A program made the position numbers and the translations under genes. From positions 23,057 to 87,056 of the forward strand of contig CAZSVP010000001.1 in NCBI GenBank assembly GCA_964610335.1: DNA of 64,000 nt. Reading direction: 5' to 3'. Origin of the DNA: an uncultured Candidatus Saccharibacteria bacterium. Lineage in GTDB: Bacteria > Patescibacteriota > Saccharimonadia > CAILAD01 > BJGX01. Below, in pieces: positions 8,769 to 16,230 of this stretch (position 1 is its first letter; each line of letters starts with the position of its first letter). The notes below the pieces were generated by a model, which was not told the origin of the DNA, searched no databases, and saw only the letters and a program-made list of their open reading frames with translations.

Positions 8769-10991
8769 CTAAACACTCAAATGCACGTGTTTGGCAATTG
8801 ATTTAGCTTTTTGCTGAAGCTCCTTGGGCACTCCACCAATTGGCAAACGGAAACCAAAGGTACTGCCTTTGCCTGGCTCGCTTGCGAATACCACATGTCC
8901 ACCTTCGTCTTCAACCACACGCTTGACCAGGTATAATCCTAGCCCAGTACCGTCAGGGCGTACTTCTTTGGCGTTGTCAGCTCGGAACATCTTAGTGAAC
9001 AGCTTGGCTTGCTTGTCGCGTGGCACACCGATACCATCATCGCGCACCAAGAATACTACTTCGTTGCCATGCACCTCTAAGCTAACTTGCACATGACCAC
9101 CACCAGGCGAGGCGCTGTAGTGGATAGCGTTGTCTATTAGATTCATCACAGCCTGCTCAGTCTTGTTTTGATCGAGCATCATTGGTGCGAGCTTCTTAGC
9201 TGGTGGTTTGTAGACTAGTTCTACCTTCTTACTCTTCGCTAGCTGTTCGAGTTGCTTCACCTCACCAGCCACAAGCTGTTCGAAGTCTAGCTCGACAGTA
9301 TCTATGTAGAACTTGCCGGCTTGGATTCGACTGACATTGAGCAAATCACCCACCAGCCTGTTCATACGCTCGCTGCCATCTAGGATCTCAGTGACGGGCT
9401 CCTTCTGTTTGGCGCTAAGCTTGCCAAAGTCCCCTTCAGATATCATGCTCGCGTAGCCCTTGACCGTAGTGAGCGGCGTGCGTAACTGATGAGATGCTAT
9501 GGATATAAACTCGTCTTTGGCTTCGTCGAGCTCCTTGAGCTCGCTGTTGGCGTGTCGAAGGCGTTTGGTAGCATCATTGACCTTGGCTTGCAAAGTCTCG
9601 TTGAAAGCTTGTATCTCAGCAAAGGCCTTGGCATTTTGCACAGCTACGCTTAGCTCATTAGCAATTATCTTGAGCGTACGAATATCTTCCTCGTTGTATA
9701 TGTCGCCTGATTTTTTTTCCCCCAAGAGTAGGTAGCCCAAGAATGATTCACCTGTGCGAAGCGCCAAGCTTGCGCTAATTTGGTACTTCTGTAATATTTC
9801 TTTTCTCTCGCCGCCACTTAAATCATCTGCAACCACCACCAACCGACCTAGCTTTGTTAAGTCATCAACTAACAAGTCATGGTGCTCGCTACTGAATACT
9901 CGAGTTTGAAAATGTACATTCTTCTCAGCCAAAACTACAATGTCGGCACTACTTAGTTTCATTTGAGTTGTCAGCTCTTTGATAACCTTGTGACAAAGCT
10001 CATCAAGTCTAATTTCACCAGCTAGTATCCTACCGACATCATTGACAAGTTCTTGAGCATCATAACGATCACGATAGAATACTCTGTTTGAAATTTTTTC
10101 AAAAAATCGTCGCATTGGCGAGAAAGTGAATGCTAATGCAATTGCCAACAAAGTATAGAATGATTGCTGAAACAGTGTTGAAGTATGCTGTAAGAATACT
10201 CCCGCAAATCTAAATGCTACAAAACCATAAACAGTACCAATCGCAACAATAGATAATATAAATGCTACTGAGCGAGTAACCGCAGCCCTAATGTCGAATA
10301 GCCGATGGCGAATGATAGCTACAGCATCAAGAGCAACCATGAAGACAGTGCTGTATATTCCTAGACGCGTTACGGCTGGGGTCACATCAGTTATGTTTGG
10401 CAATATTATGTTTGTTGTTACAAGTGTTATGGTCGTTAAGAATAATCCTAAAAACACCAGAAATAGTTGATTCCTAACCAGTCCCCTACTAGTTCGATAT
10501 TTTAAAATCATCAGAATAAAACCACTTATTATACATAAGGCAATGTAACCAATAAACAACCAATACATATATGAGGGCTCAAATATTACACGACTACCCT
10601 CGTACTGAACGGTATAGGTTAAGCCAGCTGAAATGAGTACCGCATTAATTATCGCAAGTGTGTAAACGGCATAACTTAAGTACTTTGCTTTAGCATGGCT
10701 AATGAGTACACAAAAAACAAAGAAGCTAACACTCATTACGATCGAAAGCAAAAAATCAGCTTTTGATAACATCAATATTACAAATTCGCTGAATTTTGCA
10801 TCCTCTAAGAACGTTACTACGTTCCATGCAGCAAAAGAGAAAGTTAGTACGGCTAGCGTCCGATTTAGCGCTGCTTTGGGATTATTTGTCAGTACCAGAA
10901 GCCCAAGCAGTACGTTTGCTATGCAAACCGTTATCAATAGAATATAATCTAGCATAACAATATCTATATTATAAGTCGAAATTATGCACAA
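8769..10991 (-). CDS. sensor histidine kinase (multi-TM sensor region + GAF-like + HisKA + HATPase_c), no cognate regulator adjacent
   Basis: About 8 predicted TM helices at the N-terminus, a GAF-like segment, the H-box ISIASHQLRTPLTTVKGYASMI, and a G2-box region GTGLGLYLVKRVVEDEGGHVVFASEPGKGSTFGFRLP. Confidence 0.8.
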   Translation of the reverse strand: MCIISTYNIDIVMLDYILLITVCIANVLLGLLVLTNNPKAALNRTLAVLTFSFAAWNVVTFLEDAKFSEFVILMLSKADFLLSIVMSVSFFVFCVLISHAKAKYLSYAVYTLAIINAVLISAGLTYTVQYEGSRVIFEPSYMYWLFIGYIALCIISGFILMILKYRTSRGLVRNQLFLVFLGLFLTTITLVTTNIILPNITDVTPAVTRLGIYSTVFMVALDAVAIIRHRLFDIRAAVTRSVAFILSIVAIGTVYGFVAFRFAGVFLQHTSTLFQQSFYTLLAIALAFTFSPMRRFFEKISNRVFYRDRYDAQELVNDVGRILAGEIRLDELCHKVIKELTTQMKLSSADIVVLAEKNVHFQTRVFSSEHHDLLVDDLTKLGRLVVVADDLSGGERKEILQKYQISASLALRTGESFLGYLLLGEKKSGDIYNEEDIRTLKIIANELSVAVQNAKAFAEIQAFNETLQAKVNDATKRLRHANSELKELDEAKDEFISIASHQLRTPLTTVKGYASMISEGDFGKLSAKQKEPVTEILDGSERMNRLVGDLLNVSRIQAGKFYIDTVELDFEQLVAGEVKQLEQLAKSKKVELVYKPPAKKLAPMMLDQNKTEQAVMNLIDNAIHYSASPGGGHVQVSLEVHGNEVVFLVRDDGIGVPRDKQAKLFTKMFRADNAKEVRPDGTGLGLYLVKRVVEDEGGHVVFASEPGKGSTFGFRLPIGGVPKELQQKAKSIAKHVHLSV

Positions 10992-11754
10992 AGACCAGCT
11001 AAAAGGCCAAGTCAGTAGTTATTACGACGAAGTCGCCGATATATATTCAGACCTGTACACTGATGAACTTAGCCGTGCAGAAAACAAAATTGTTCAAGGT
11101 CTAATGGAACAATATTTACCTAAGAAGGATACACGAGTGCTTGATCTTGGTTCTGGGCACGGCTTAGCACTTGATATGGTGCATTGGAAGGACTATGTCG
11201 GCATTGACATATCTCCTGATATGGTTAGAGAAGCAAAGAAACAGCACCCAAATGCCAAGTTTCTAGTTGGTGATATGGAACAACTCGAGTTTAAGGACAA
11301 AGAATTTGATTACGTGATTTCTCTTTTTGGCTCTGTATCGCACTCTCTTAGTCCTTACCTCACAATTTCAGAAATACTGCGCGTTCTCAAACCAGGTGGC
11401 AAGGCATTTATTATGTTGTATTCCCAATATTCACTTAACAACATGATAAATGTTTTTAAAAAAGGCGGTGGCCTAGAGAGTATTAGCCCGATTCAAGAAT
11501 ACGAGATACGAAATCTCAAAGTCAGGGGATCATTTGCGAGATTTTACAGTAAAAAGAAGCTTTTACACTTGTTTAGAGACTATAAGAACATCAATATCTT
11601 TGGCCTCAACGCCTTGTACGAACTTGAATTTCTAAAGAAACATATTCAACATAACAGTAAGGCTTACCAAAAACTTAAGAGAGACATGCTAGTTACCAAG
11701 TTAAATCCAAACTGGGGCCATAGTCTTATAGTAATTGCTGAAAAACCAAAATAA
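10984..11754 (+). CDS. class I SAM-dependent methyltransferase
   Basis: Motif I VLDLGSGHGLALD, post-I DISPDMV, and an LKPGG motif. 256 aa. Confidence 0.7.
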   Translation: MHKDQLKGQVSSYYDEVADIYSDLYTDELSRAENKIVQGLMEQYLPKKDTRVLDLGSGHGLALDMVHWKDYVGIDISPDMVREAKKQHPNAKFLVGDMEQLEFKDKEFDYVISLFGSVSHSLSPYLTISEILRVLKPGGKAFIMLYSQYSLNNMINVFKKGGGLESISPIQEYEIRNLKVRGSFARFYSKKKLLHLFRDYKNINIFGLNALYELEFLKKHIQHNSKAYQKLKRDMLVTKLNPNWGHSLIVIAEKPK

Positions 11755-11767
11755 CAGGTATAGGAAA

Positions 11768-11787
11768 GGGGCGCCCGCAGGCGCCCC
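11768..11787. terminator. perfect GC hairpin (GGGGCGCC-CGCA-GGCGCCCC), probable bidirectional terminator and left border of the GC-rich island
   Basis: An 8-bp all-GC stem with a 4-nt loop sits between the convergent methyltransferase (+) and GNAT (-) genes. Base composition changes abruptly here. Confidence 0.5.
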
Positions 11788-11811
11788 GTCTCCTTCCATC
11801 TTTGCTCGGCT

Positions 11812-12519
11812 TCAGCTGTGCTTACGGCGATCCAGCCATGCCTCGACACGCTGCTGGGCGTAGTAGAGGCGTCGGAACGTCGCTGCCCAGAACTTGCGAC
11901 CGGGCAGCCCGTAGAACGGGTTGCGCCAACGCAGTAGCAGGCCCCAGTTGAGCGACTCTGGATCATCGATGTAGTCCTTGATCGGACATACGATCGACAA
12001 CCCTGGCACACGCTGATACATGCCGATCTGGGGATCGATGTACTTGCCGTCGGCGTCGCGAGCTGCCGCGTACTCCTCGACCGACATCGAGTCGGCATAG
12101 AGGTGATACTTGGGCAGGCGCTCACCGAAGACGTAGTACTTGGCACCACTGGCGATGGCATAGCGGCCTTGACCAACTGCCAGCGCGTCGACAGTCCCGG
12201 AGGGGGCGTCCTTGGCGGAGACCGTGAGGTCAACACCGAAGACCACCTTACCTCCAGGACAATGCGTGGTGCACCAGCCATCAGCTGTGGTCTCGTACCA
12301 TGACATCGGATGATCGAAGTCGTAGCTATCGAGCAGAATCGCGGTGGCCATGCCGACAACGCGACCGTCCACCTCTGCTACGACAACCCCATCTGGGTTG
12401 AGCTCCAGGCGCTTGCGCACCTGATCCTCAGCCACCGAGAGCTGTTCTGGCCACACTTCCTCGACGATCTCGAGGTAGCGCGGAATGTCGGTGACCTTGG
12501 CGGGTCGAATCTTGATCAT
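11812..12519 (-). CDS. putative GNAT-family acetyltransferase (GC-rich island gene)
   Basis: Start refined to the internal ATG preceded by GGAGG (MIKIRPAKVTDIPRYLEIVEEVW…VAEVDGRVVGMATAIL). The longer ORF 11812..12624 lacks an RBS. About 60% GC versus about 42% in the flanks. Confidence 0.45.
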   Translation of the reverse strand: MIKIRPAKVTDIPRYLEIVEEVWPEQLSVAEDQVRKRLELNPDGVVVAEVDGRVVGMATAILLDSYDFDHPMSWYETTADGWCTTHCPGGKVVFGVDLTVSAKDAPSGTVDALAVGQGRYAIASGAKYYVFGERLPKYHLYADSMSVEEYAAARDADGKYIDPQIGMYQRVPGLSIVCPIKDYIDDPESLNWGLLLRWRNPFYGLPGRKFWAATFRRLYYAQQRVEAWLDRRKHS

Positions 12520-13046
12520 GGCGCCACCTCCTGGTTGCGGGCTTGTTTGATCTTGGCTTCGATGGGGGCACGGATGCCAATGCTGGCGACTACGTCGAGC
12601 ATGGGCAGTACGGCAATACCCCATGCTGTGTATGGCAGTAGGACGAAGATCCCCACAGTGGGAATCAATCCGGTACCAATGGCACCAATCCAGTTGAGCA
12701 TGAAACCCATCCGGAACGTCCTGCTGTCAGCAATGTTGTGAAGTAGCTCGGTTGCCTTGGCGCGAACCCCGAGCAAGGCCTTGACCCAGCGAACTGGGTT
12801 CCAGCCTGTTCCTACAAAGACATGTCGTCCGAGGCTGGCAGTGATCAGCAAAAGCCCTGAGATGAAGATCACCTCGTTGATGAGCATCAGTACACCGAAC
12901 ACAGCCACCTGGCCAACCTTGTCCTTGACTTCTGACAGACTGTCCCACCGGATGATCGTCCAGGCCACCGAGGCCAGTACGATTCCCCAGATGAGATAAC
13001 GCTTGATCCGTCGGGCAGCCAAAGGCTGCTTATCAGTTGCCTTCAT
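12516..13046 (-). CDS. hypothetical integral membrane protein (GC-rich island gene)
   Basis: 176 aa with 4-5 hydrophobic helices. Its stop overlaps the downstream GNAT start (ATGA), so the two are coupled. Confidence 0.4.
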   Translation of the reverse strand: MKATDKQPLAARRIKRYLIWGIVLASVAWTIIRWDSLSEVKDKVGQVAVFGVLMLINEVIFISGLLLITASLGRHVFVGTGWNPVRWVKALLGVRAKATELLHNIADSRTFRMGFMLNWIGAIGTGLIPTVGIFVLLPYTAWGIAVLPMLDVVASIGIRAPIEAKIKQARNQEVAP

Positions 13047-13142
13047 GGTTGCCCTCCTTGAGCGAGCAAAATGATTGGGAAAGAGCTGACTGTTACTATA
13101 TCATAATTGGTTATGTTTGTAAAGTATTAATACTACTTAATA

Positions 13143-13169
13143 TTGACTTTATACCTGGTTTAGTATATT
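13143..13169 (+). promoter_or_regulatory. putative sigma70-type promoter (TTGACT-N15-TATATT) upstream of the FtsX-like gene, with AAGGAGG RBS at 13208-13214
   Basis: An AT-rich 170-bp intergenic stretch inside the otherwise GC-rich island. The hexamers were read directly and the spacer is 15 nt, so this is weak. Confidence 0.3.
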
Positions 13170-13222
13170 ATTAGCAGCACTCTAGTTCTTTCCGATCCTT
13201 CCTATTACAAGGAGGCCTACAG

Positions 13223-14344
13223 ATGGCCAACAGATATGGCTTCGTAGCCAAGCAGGCCTGGATTCGAGCCTTCCGACCCAAGAAAGGCGTCAACAGCGAA
13301 AAGATCGCCGGACTTCGGATTGGGTTCGTTGCCGCGACAGCAGCGCTGATCATGATGTTCTGGGCAATCAACCAGGAATCAACAGTGGGGACAGCTCGTT
13401 ATTACCAGAGCAACACCTACGATGTGGTAGCAACACAGCATGGTAGTACCTCACAAGGCGAAAGCTCGTCCGTGCCACCTCAACTGATGCGAGAGCTGGA
13501 ATCCACACCTGGGCTGAGAGCTGATGGCATGATGTACTACTGGGGCCGCCTGGATGGCCGTAGTGTGCTGTATGGCATGTACAAGCCGGGTGGCTCCAAT
13601 GCTCCACCAATCGCCAAGGGTCGAGACATCGCTTCCAATCAGGAAGCAACTATCGACGACAGCCTAGCAAGCATCATGGGTATCCAGATCGGCGACACCG
13701 TGGATTTGGTTGACCAGCGTTTCACCGTAGTTGGTACCACCCTTGAAACGGGTAGCTACGGCAAAGAGATGCTGTTTATCAGCCCTCAAGCCATGTTCAA
13801 CCTATATGGCGGTGCCGAGATCTACAACACCATCGCCATCAAGTTCGATCCTGGAGTCGACAAACTTCCGGACGATCTGGTGTCCAAATGGGATGGCAAG
13901 GTGGACTTCATCACCAAGCAAGCCTATATCGATGGCAACATCAGCTATTGGTCAAGCAGCATTACACCGCTGATCGCGATCATCATCGGAGTACTCACGG
14001 CCTTGGCCCTGCCCACCTTGCTGGTGATCTTGGTCAAGCAGATCAGTCTACAGCTCCCAACGCTGGGCATCATGCGTGCCGTCGGAGCGAGCCGCAGACA
14101 GATTGGTGCGATCGAAGCCCTCACCATGTTGTACCTCAGTGTGGTTGGGTTTGTCATCAGTATTCCGCTAGGCTACGCGTTGATCCAGATCACCAATCTG
14201 GTAACACCTGGGTTTCACGCGACCCTCGCCGCCGATGGCATCCTGCTGAGTGGTGCCCTCATCATGTTCATCTGTGTTGTGGCCGTGATTGTTGGGTGGG
14301 TTAAGGCTTCCAAGGCTTCACCAATGGCCTTAATCCGCACCTGA
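13223..14344 (+). CDS. FtsX-like ABC transporter permease (MacB/LolE-type), no partner ATPase nearby
   Basis: TM1 (IGFVAATAALIMMFWAI), a ~200-aa extracytoplasmic domain, then three TM helices in the FtsX signature region (…GIMRAVGASRRQIGAIEALTML…). About 55% GC. Confidence 0.65.
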   Translation: MANRYGFVAKQAWIRAFRPKKGVNSEKIAGLRIGFVAATAALIMMFWAINQESTVGTARYYQSNTYDVVATQHGSTSQGESSSVPPQLMRELESTPGLRADGMMYYWGRLDGRSVLYGMYKPGGSNAPPIAKGRDIASNQEATIDDSLASIMGIQIGDTVDLVDQRFTVVGTTLETGSYGKEMLFISPQAMFNLYGGAEIYNTIAIKFDPGVDKLPDDLVSKWDGKVDFITKQAYIDGNISYWSSSITPLIAIIIGVLTALALPTLLVILVKQISLQLPTLGIMRAVGASRRQIGAIEALTMLYLSVVGFVISIPLGYALIQITNLVTPGFHATLAADGILLSGALIMFICVVAVIVGWVKASKASPMALIRT

Positions 14345-14372
14345 GTGCCATATGGTTGAGAGGAGACTAGAG

Positions 14373-14413
14373 AAAGCTCTGGGGTAACACCCGGAGCTTT
14401 TCTCGTCTTATTT
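14373..14413. terminator. rho-independent terminator (11-bp stem AAAGCTCTGGG…CCCGGAGCTTT followed by a T-tract), right border of the GC-rich island
   Basis: Stem pairing was verified base by base. TCTCGTCTTATTTT follows on the + strand. It lies between the convergent FtsX (+) and M16 (-) genes. Confidence 0.6.
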
Positions 14414-15562
14414 TAAGCTCCCTTGCAACACCCTTACCCCTATTCTACTCATACCAAATAGCTCTACCAAATGATTAATATCACTCTGTTTTATCTCACT
14501 AACTATCTTAATAATCACATCTAAATCATAATCCACGCCGCAAAATGCCTTATACCAATTATGATGGTGAGCCTGAAGCTGCTCATCTGTGCCTTCAAGT
14601 TTTTTGTTGCCAACAAAGCTAGTCTTATACAGCTCTAAATCTTCTATATTGAGTAAAGATACAGATTGCAAGGTACTCGAGATAATCTCTTGAATTGTAC
14701 TAAGTTTGGATTTATCGGACCAACTAGTAATTGTTAGCTCTACTATCTCTGCATGCACGATGGTAGATACATCAAATCTGTAACACAGGCCATTCTCTCT
14801 TAACTTATAATAGAAGTAATCTTGCAACATTTGTGTTAAGAACTCAGTTTGTACCGTGAGTTTAAAGTCCATTGGCTTGCTGTACCAGCTCTCAGAATAT
14901 GACACTTGCTCTTTGCCGTCATCAATTATCAACTGAGATCCAGGACTTTGTGGCACAAAAATTGGAGCATTCTTTATGATTGAATTATTTTTGTCCTCTA
15001 GGTTGATGCCAATCTGTTTCTGAGCTTTTGAGCCCACAAAACTAACAAAACAATTTTCTTCACTGAGTAAACTACTCCGCCATTGTTGAACATCCTGCAG
15101 GCTAAGCCTCTTGATTGATTTCACTGTACCTCCAGTAGGAAGAGCTAATGGAGAATCTCCATATACCCACTCACTTTCCTGACGTTGATTCTGATAGTCC
15201 TCACTCTCTTCTTCTTCGATAAGTTCTTCCAAAATCACTTGTTTCTCAGCCTCAAACTCTTCTTTTGTGAATTCAATGTTACTAAAGATAGTTTTAACAA
15301 TGTCTTCTAGCTGGTCTTTATCAGTAGCTAAAATACGGCCTTCAAATTCAATCCGATCCTTGTAGGTCACTCCTACTAGTTGATCAATATAGTAGGGCCG
15401 CACCCAGCCATCAACTTGTTGAAGTTTTTTGACAATAAGATGCTCTAATAAATGGCTAATGCCATTGTTTTGCTTAGTCTCATAATTGGAACCACCACGA
15501 ATAAGTACATTAAAACCAATCACCCCTGAGTTTCTTGCTTGATTAACAAATCTGATACTCAT
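14408..15562 (-). CDS. M16 (insulinase/pitrilysin) family metallopeptidase-like protein
   Basis: The inverted zinc motif HxxEH (NGISHLLEHLIV) is followed about 70 aa later by the EAEKQVILEEL glutamate motif. 384 aa. Confidence 0.6.
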   Translation of the reverse strand: MSIRFVNQARNSGVIGFNVLIRGGSNYETKQNNGISHLLEHLIVKKLQQVDGWVRPYYIDQLVGVTYKDRIEFEGRILATDKDQLEDIVKTIFSNIEFTKEEFEAEKQVILEELIEEEESEDYQNQRQESEWVYGDSPLALPTGGTVKSIKRLSLQDVQQWRSSLLSEENCFVSFVGSKAQKQIGINLEDKNNSIIKNAPIFVPQSPGSQLIIDDGKEQVSYSESWYSKPMDFKLTVQTEFLTQMLQDYFYYKLRENGLCYRFDVSTIVHAEIVELTITSWSDKSKLSTIQEIISSTLQSVSLLNIEDLELYKTSFVGNKKLEGTDEQLQAHHHNWYKAFCGVDYDLDVIIKIVSEIKQSDINHLVELFGMSRIGVRVLQGSLK

Positions 15563-15610
15563 TAACTATATTAGACATTAATGCCAATAATTACTAATAG
15601 TATCTTGTAA

Positions 15611-15829
15611 CTATTTCTTAGCTGCTACTACCTTAGGCTGTTTGCTGAAGTAGAAGATGTAGAATATTTCTAGAATTCCCAGTGTATTAACAATCATGAA
15701 TACTACAAACCACACCTTCTGTTCTCGTCGAGCTGCAATCCAGAGCGCCCAACCCTTCCAGACCAGGCTCCATGCCATAAGAAGCAAAAACCAGTACCAA
15801 TTCTGCTGTAATAGTAAGTTAAAATCCAT
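15611..15829 (-). CDS. small 2-TM membrane protein, PLDc_N-like (cardiolipin-synthase N-terminal domain-like)
   Basis: 72 aa, W-rich (WYWFLLLMAWSLVWKGWALWIAARR…GILEIFYIFY), matching the PLD-nuclease N-terminal small-protein pattern. No strong RBS. Confidence 0.4.
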   Translation of the reverse strand: MDFNLLLQQNWYWFLLLMAWSLVWKGWALWIAARREQKVWFVVFMIVNTLGILEIFYIFYFSKQPKVVAAKK

Positions 15830-15865
15830 AGTTATTATTATCGCAATTATTTAGATAAATACAAG

Positions 15866-16219
15866 TTAGCTAGCTTGGTCAGTTTTGGTAGCACCAGAGT
15901 GCTTGCGCTTGCGCAAAGTGAAGTATGTAACCGCACCTGCACCAATCAACAACACCCCAACAGCTAAGTAGCCAAACATCTGGCTTTGCCCCGTCGATGC
16001 CAGACTACCACTACTGCCACCTCCATTGGTGCCTTGGCCTAGAGTAGCGTAGGGTGAGAATTCGGAAGTTGAGCCATAAGAGTAAGACCCTGGTGCTGGA
16101 TTGATCTCTGCTGCATGAGCGGGTTTAGCAAGGATCAAACTTAATAAGGCAGCCATAACTACTGCTAGTGCTAGCAAGGATATTCGAATTCTATTTTGGG
16201 TGAATGCTTGTTTGTACAT
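15866..16219 (-). CDS. mini sortase substrate: signal peptide + ~40 aa Gly/Ser/Tyr-rich segment + LASTG sorting signal + TM + KRK tail
   Basis: Start refined to MYKQAFTQNRIRISLLALAVV…AHA (RBS ataaggagcatt 12 nt after the upstream gene's stop). The C-terminus SLASTGQS-[hydrophobic 20 aa]-LRKRKHS is a textbook cell-wall sorting signal of LAxTG type. About 90% identical to 18115..18447. Confidence 0.7.
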   Translation of the reverse strand: MYKQAFTQNRIRISLLALAVVMAALLSLILAKPAHAAEINPAPGSYSYGSTSEFSPYATLGQGTNGGGSSGSLASTGQSQMFGYLAVGVLLIGAGAVTYFTLRKRKHSGATKTDQAS

Positions 16220-16225
16220 AATGCT
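15866..16225. repeat. ~360-bp segmental duplication (about 90-95% identical to 18115..18453) covering a mini-LASTG gene plus its coupling junction
   Basis: Direct comparison of the two stretches. For example, 16108-16235 and 18330-18457 differ at only a few positions, and the junction ataaggagcatt-ATG is identical in both. Confidence 0.7.
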
Positions 16226-16230
16226 CCTTA

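Noticed and set aside
11812-12624. Extended 270-aa version of the island GNAT gene starting at 12624.
   Set aside because: The N-terminal 35 aa (MGYCRTAHARRSRQHWHPCPHRS…) are low-complexity with no RBS. An internal ATG with a GGAGG RBS at 12519 gives a start coupled (ATGA) to the upstream gene.
11664-12741. Long alternative-frame ORFs in the GC-rich island (11664..12359 -, 12310..12741 +, 13888..14304 +, 13368..13649 -).
   Set aside because: High GC suppresses stop codons in every frame. Their translations are Arg/Pro/Ser-rich nonsense, and they overlap the better-supported GNAT, membrane and FtsX frames.
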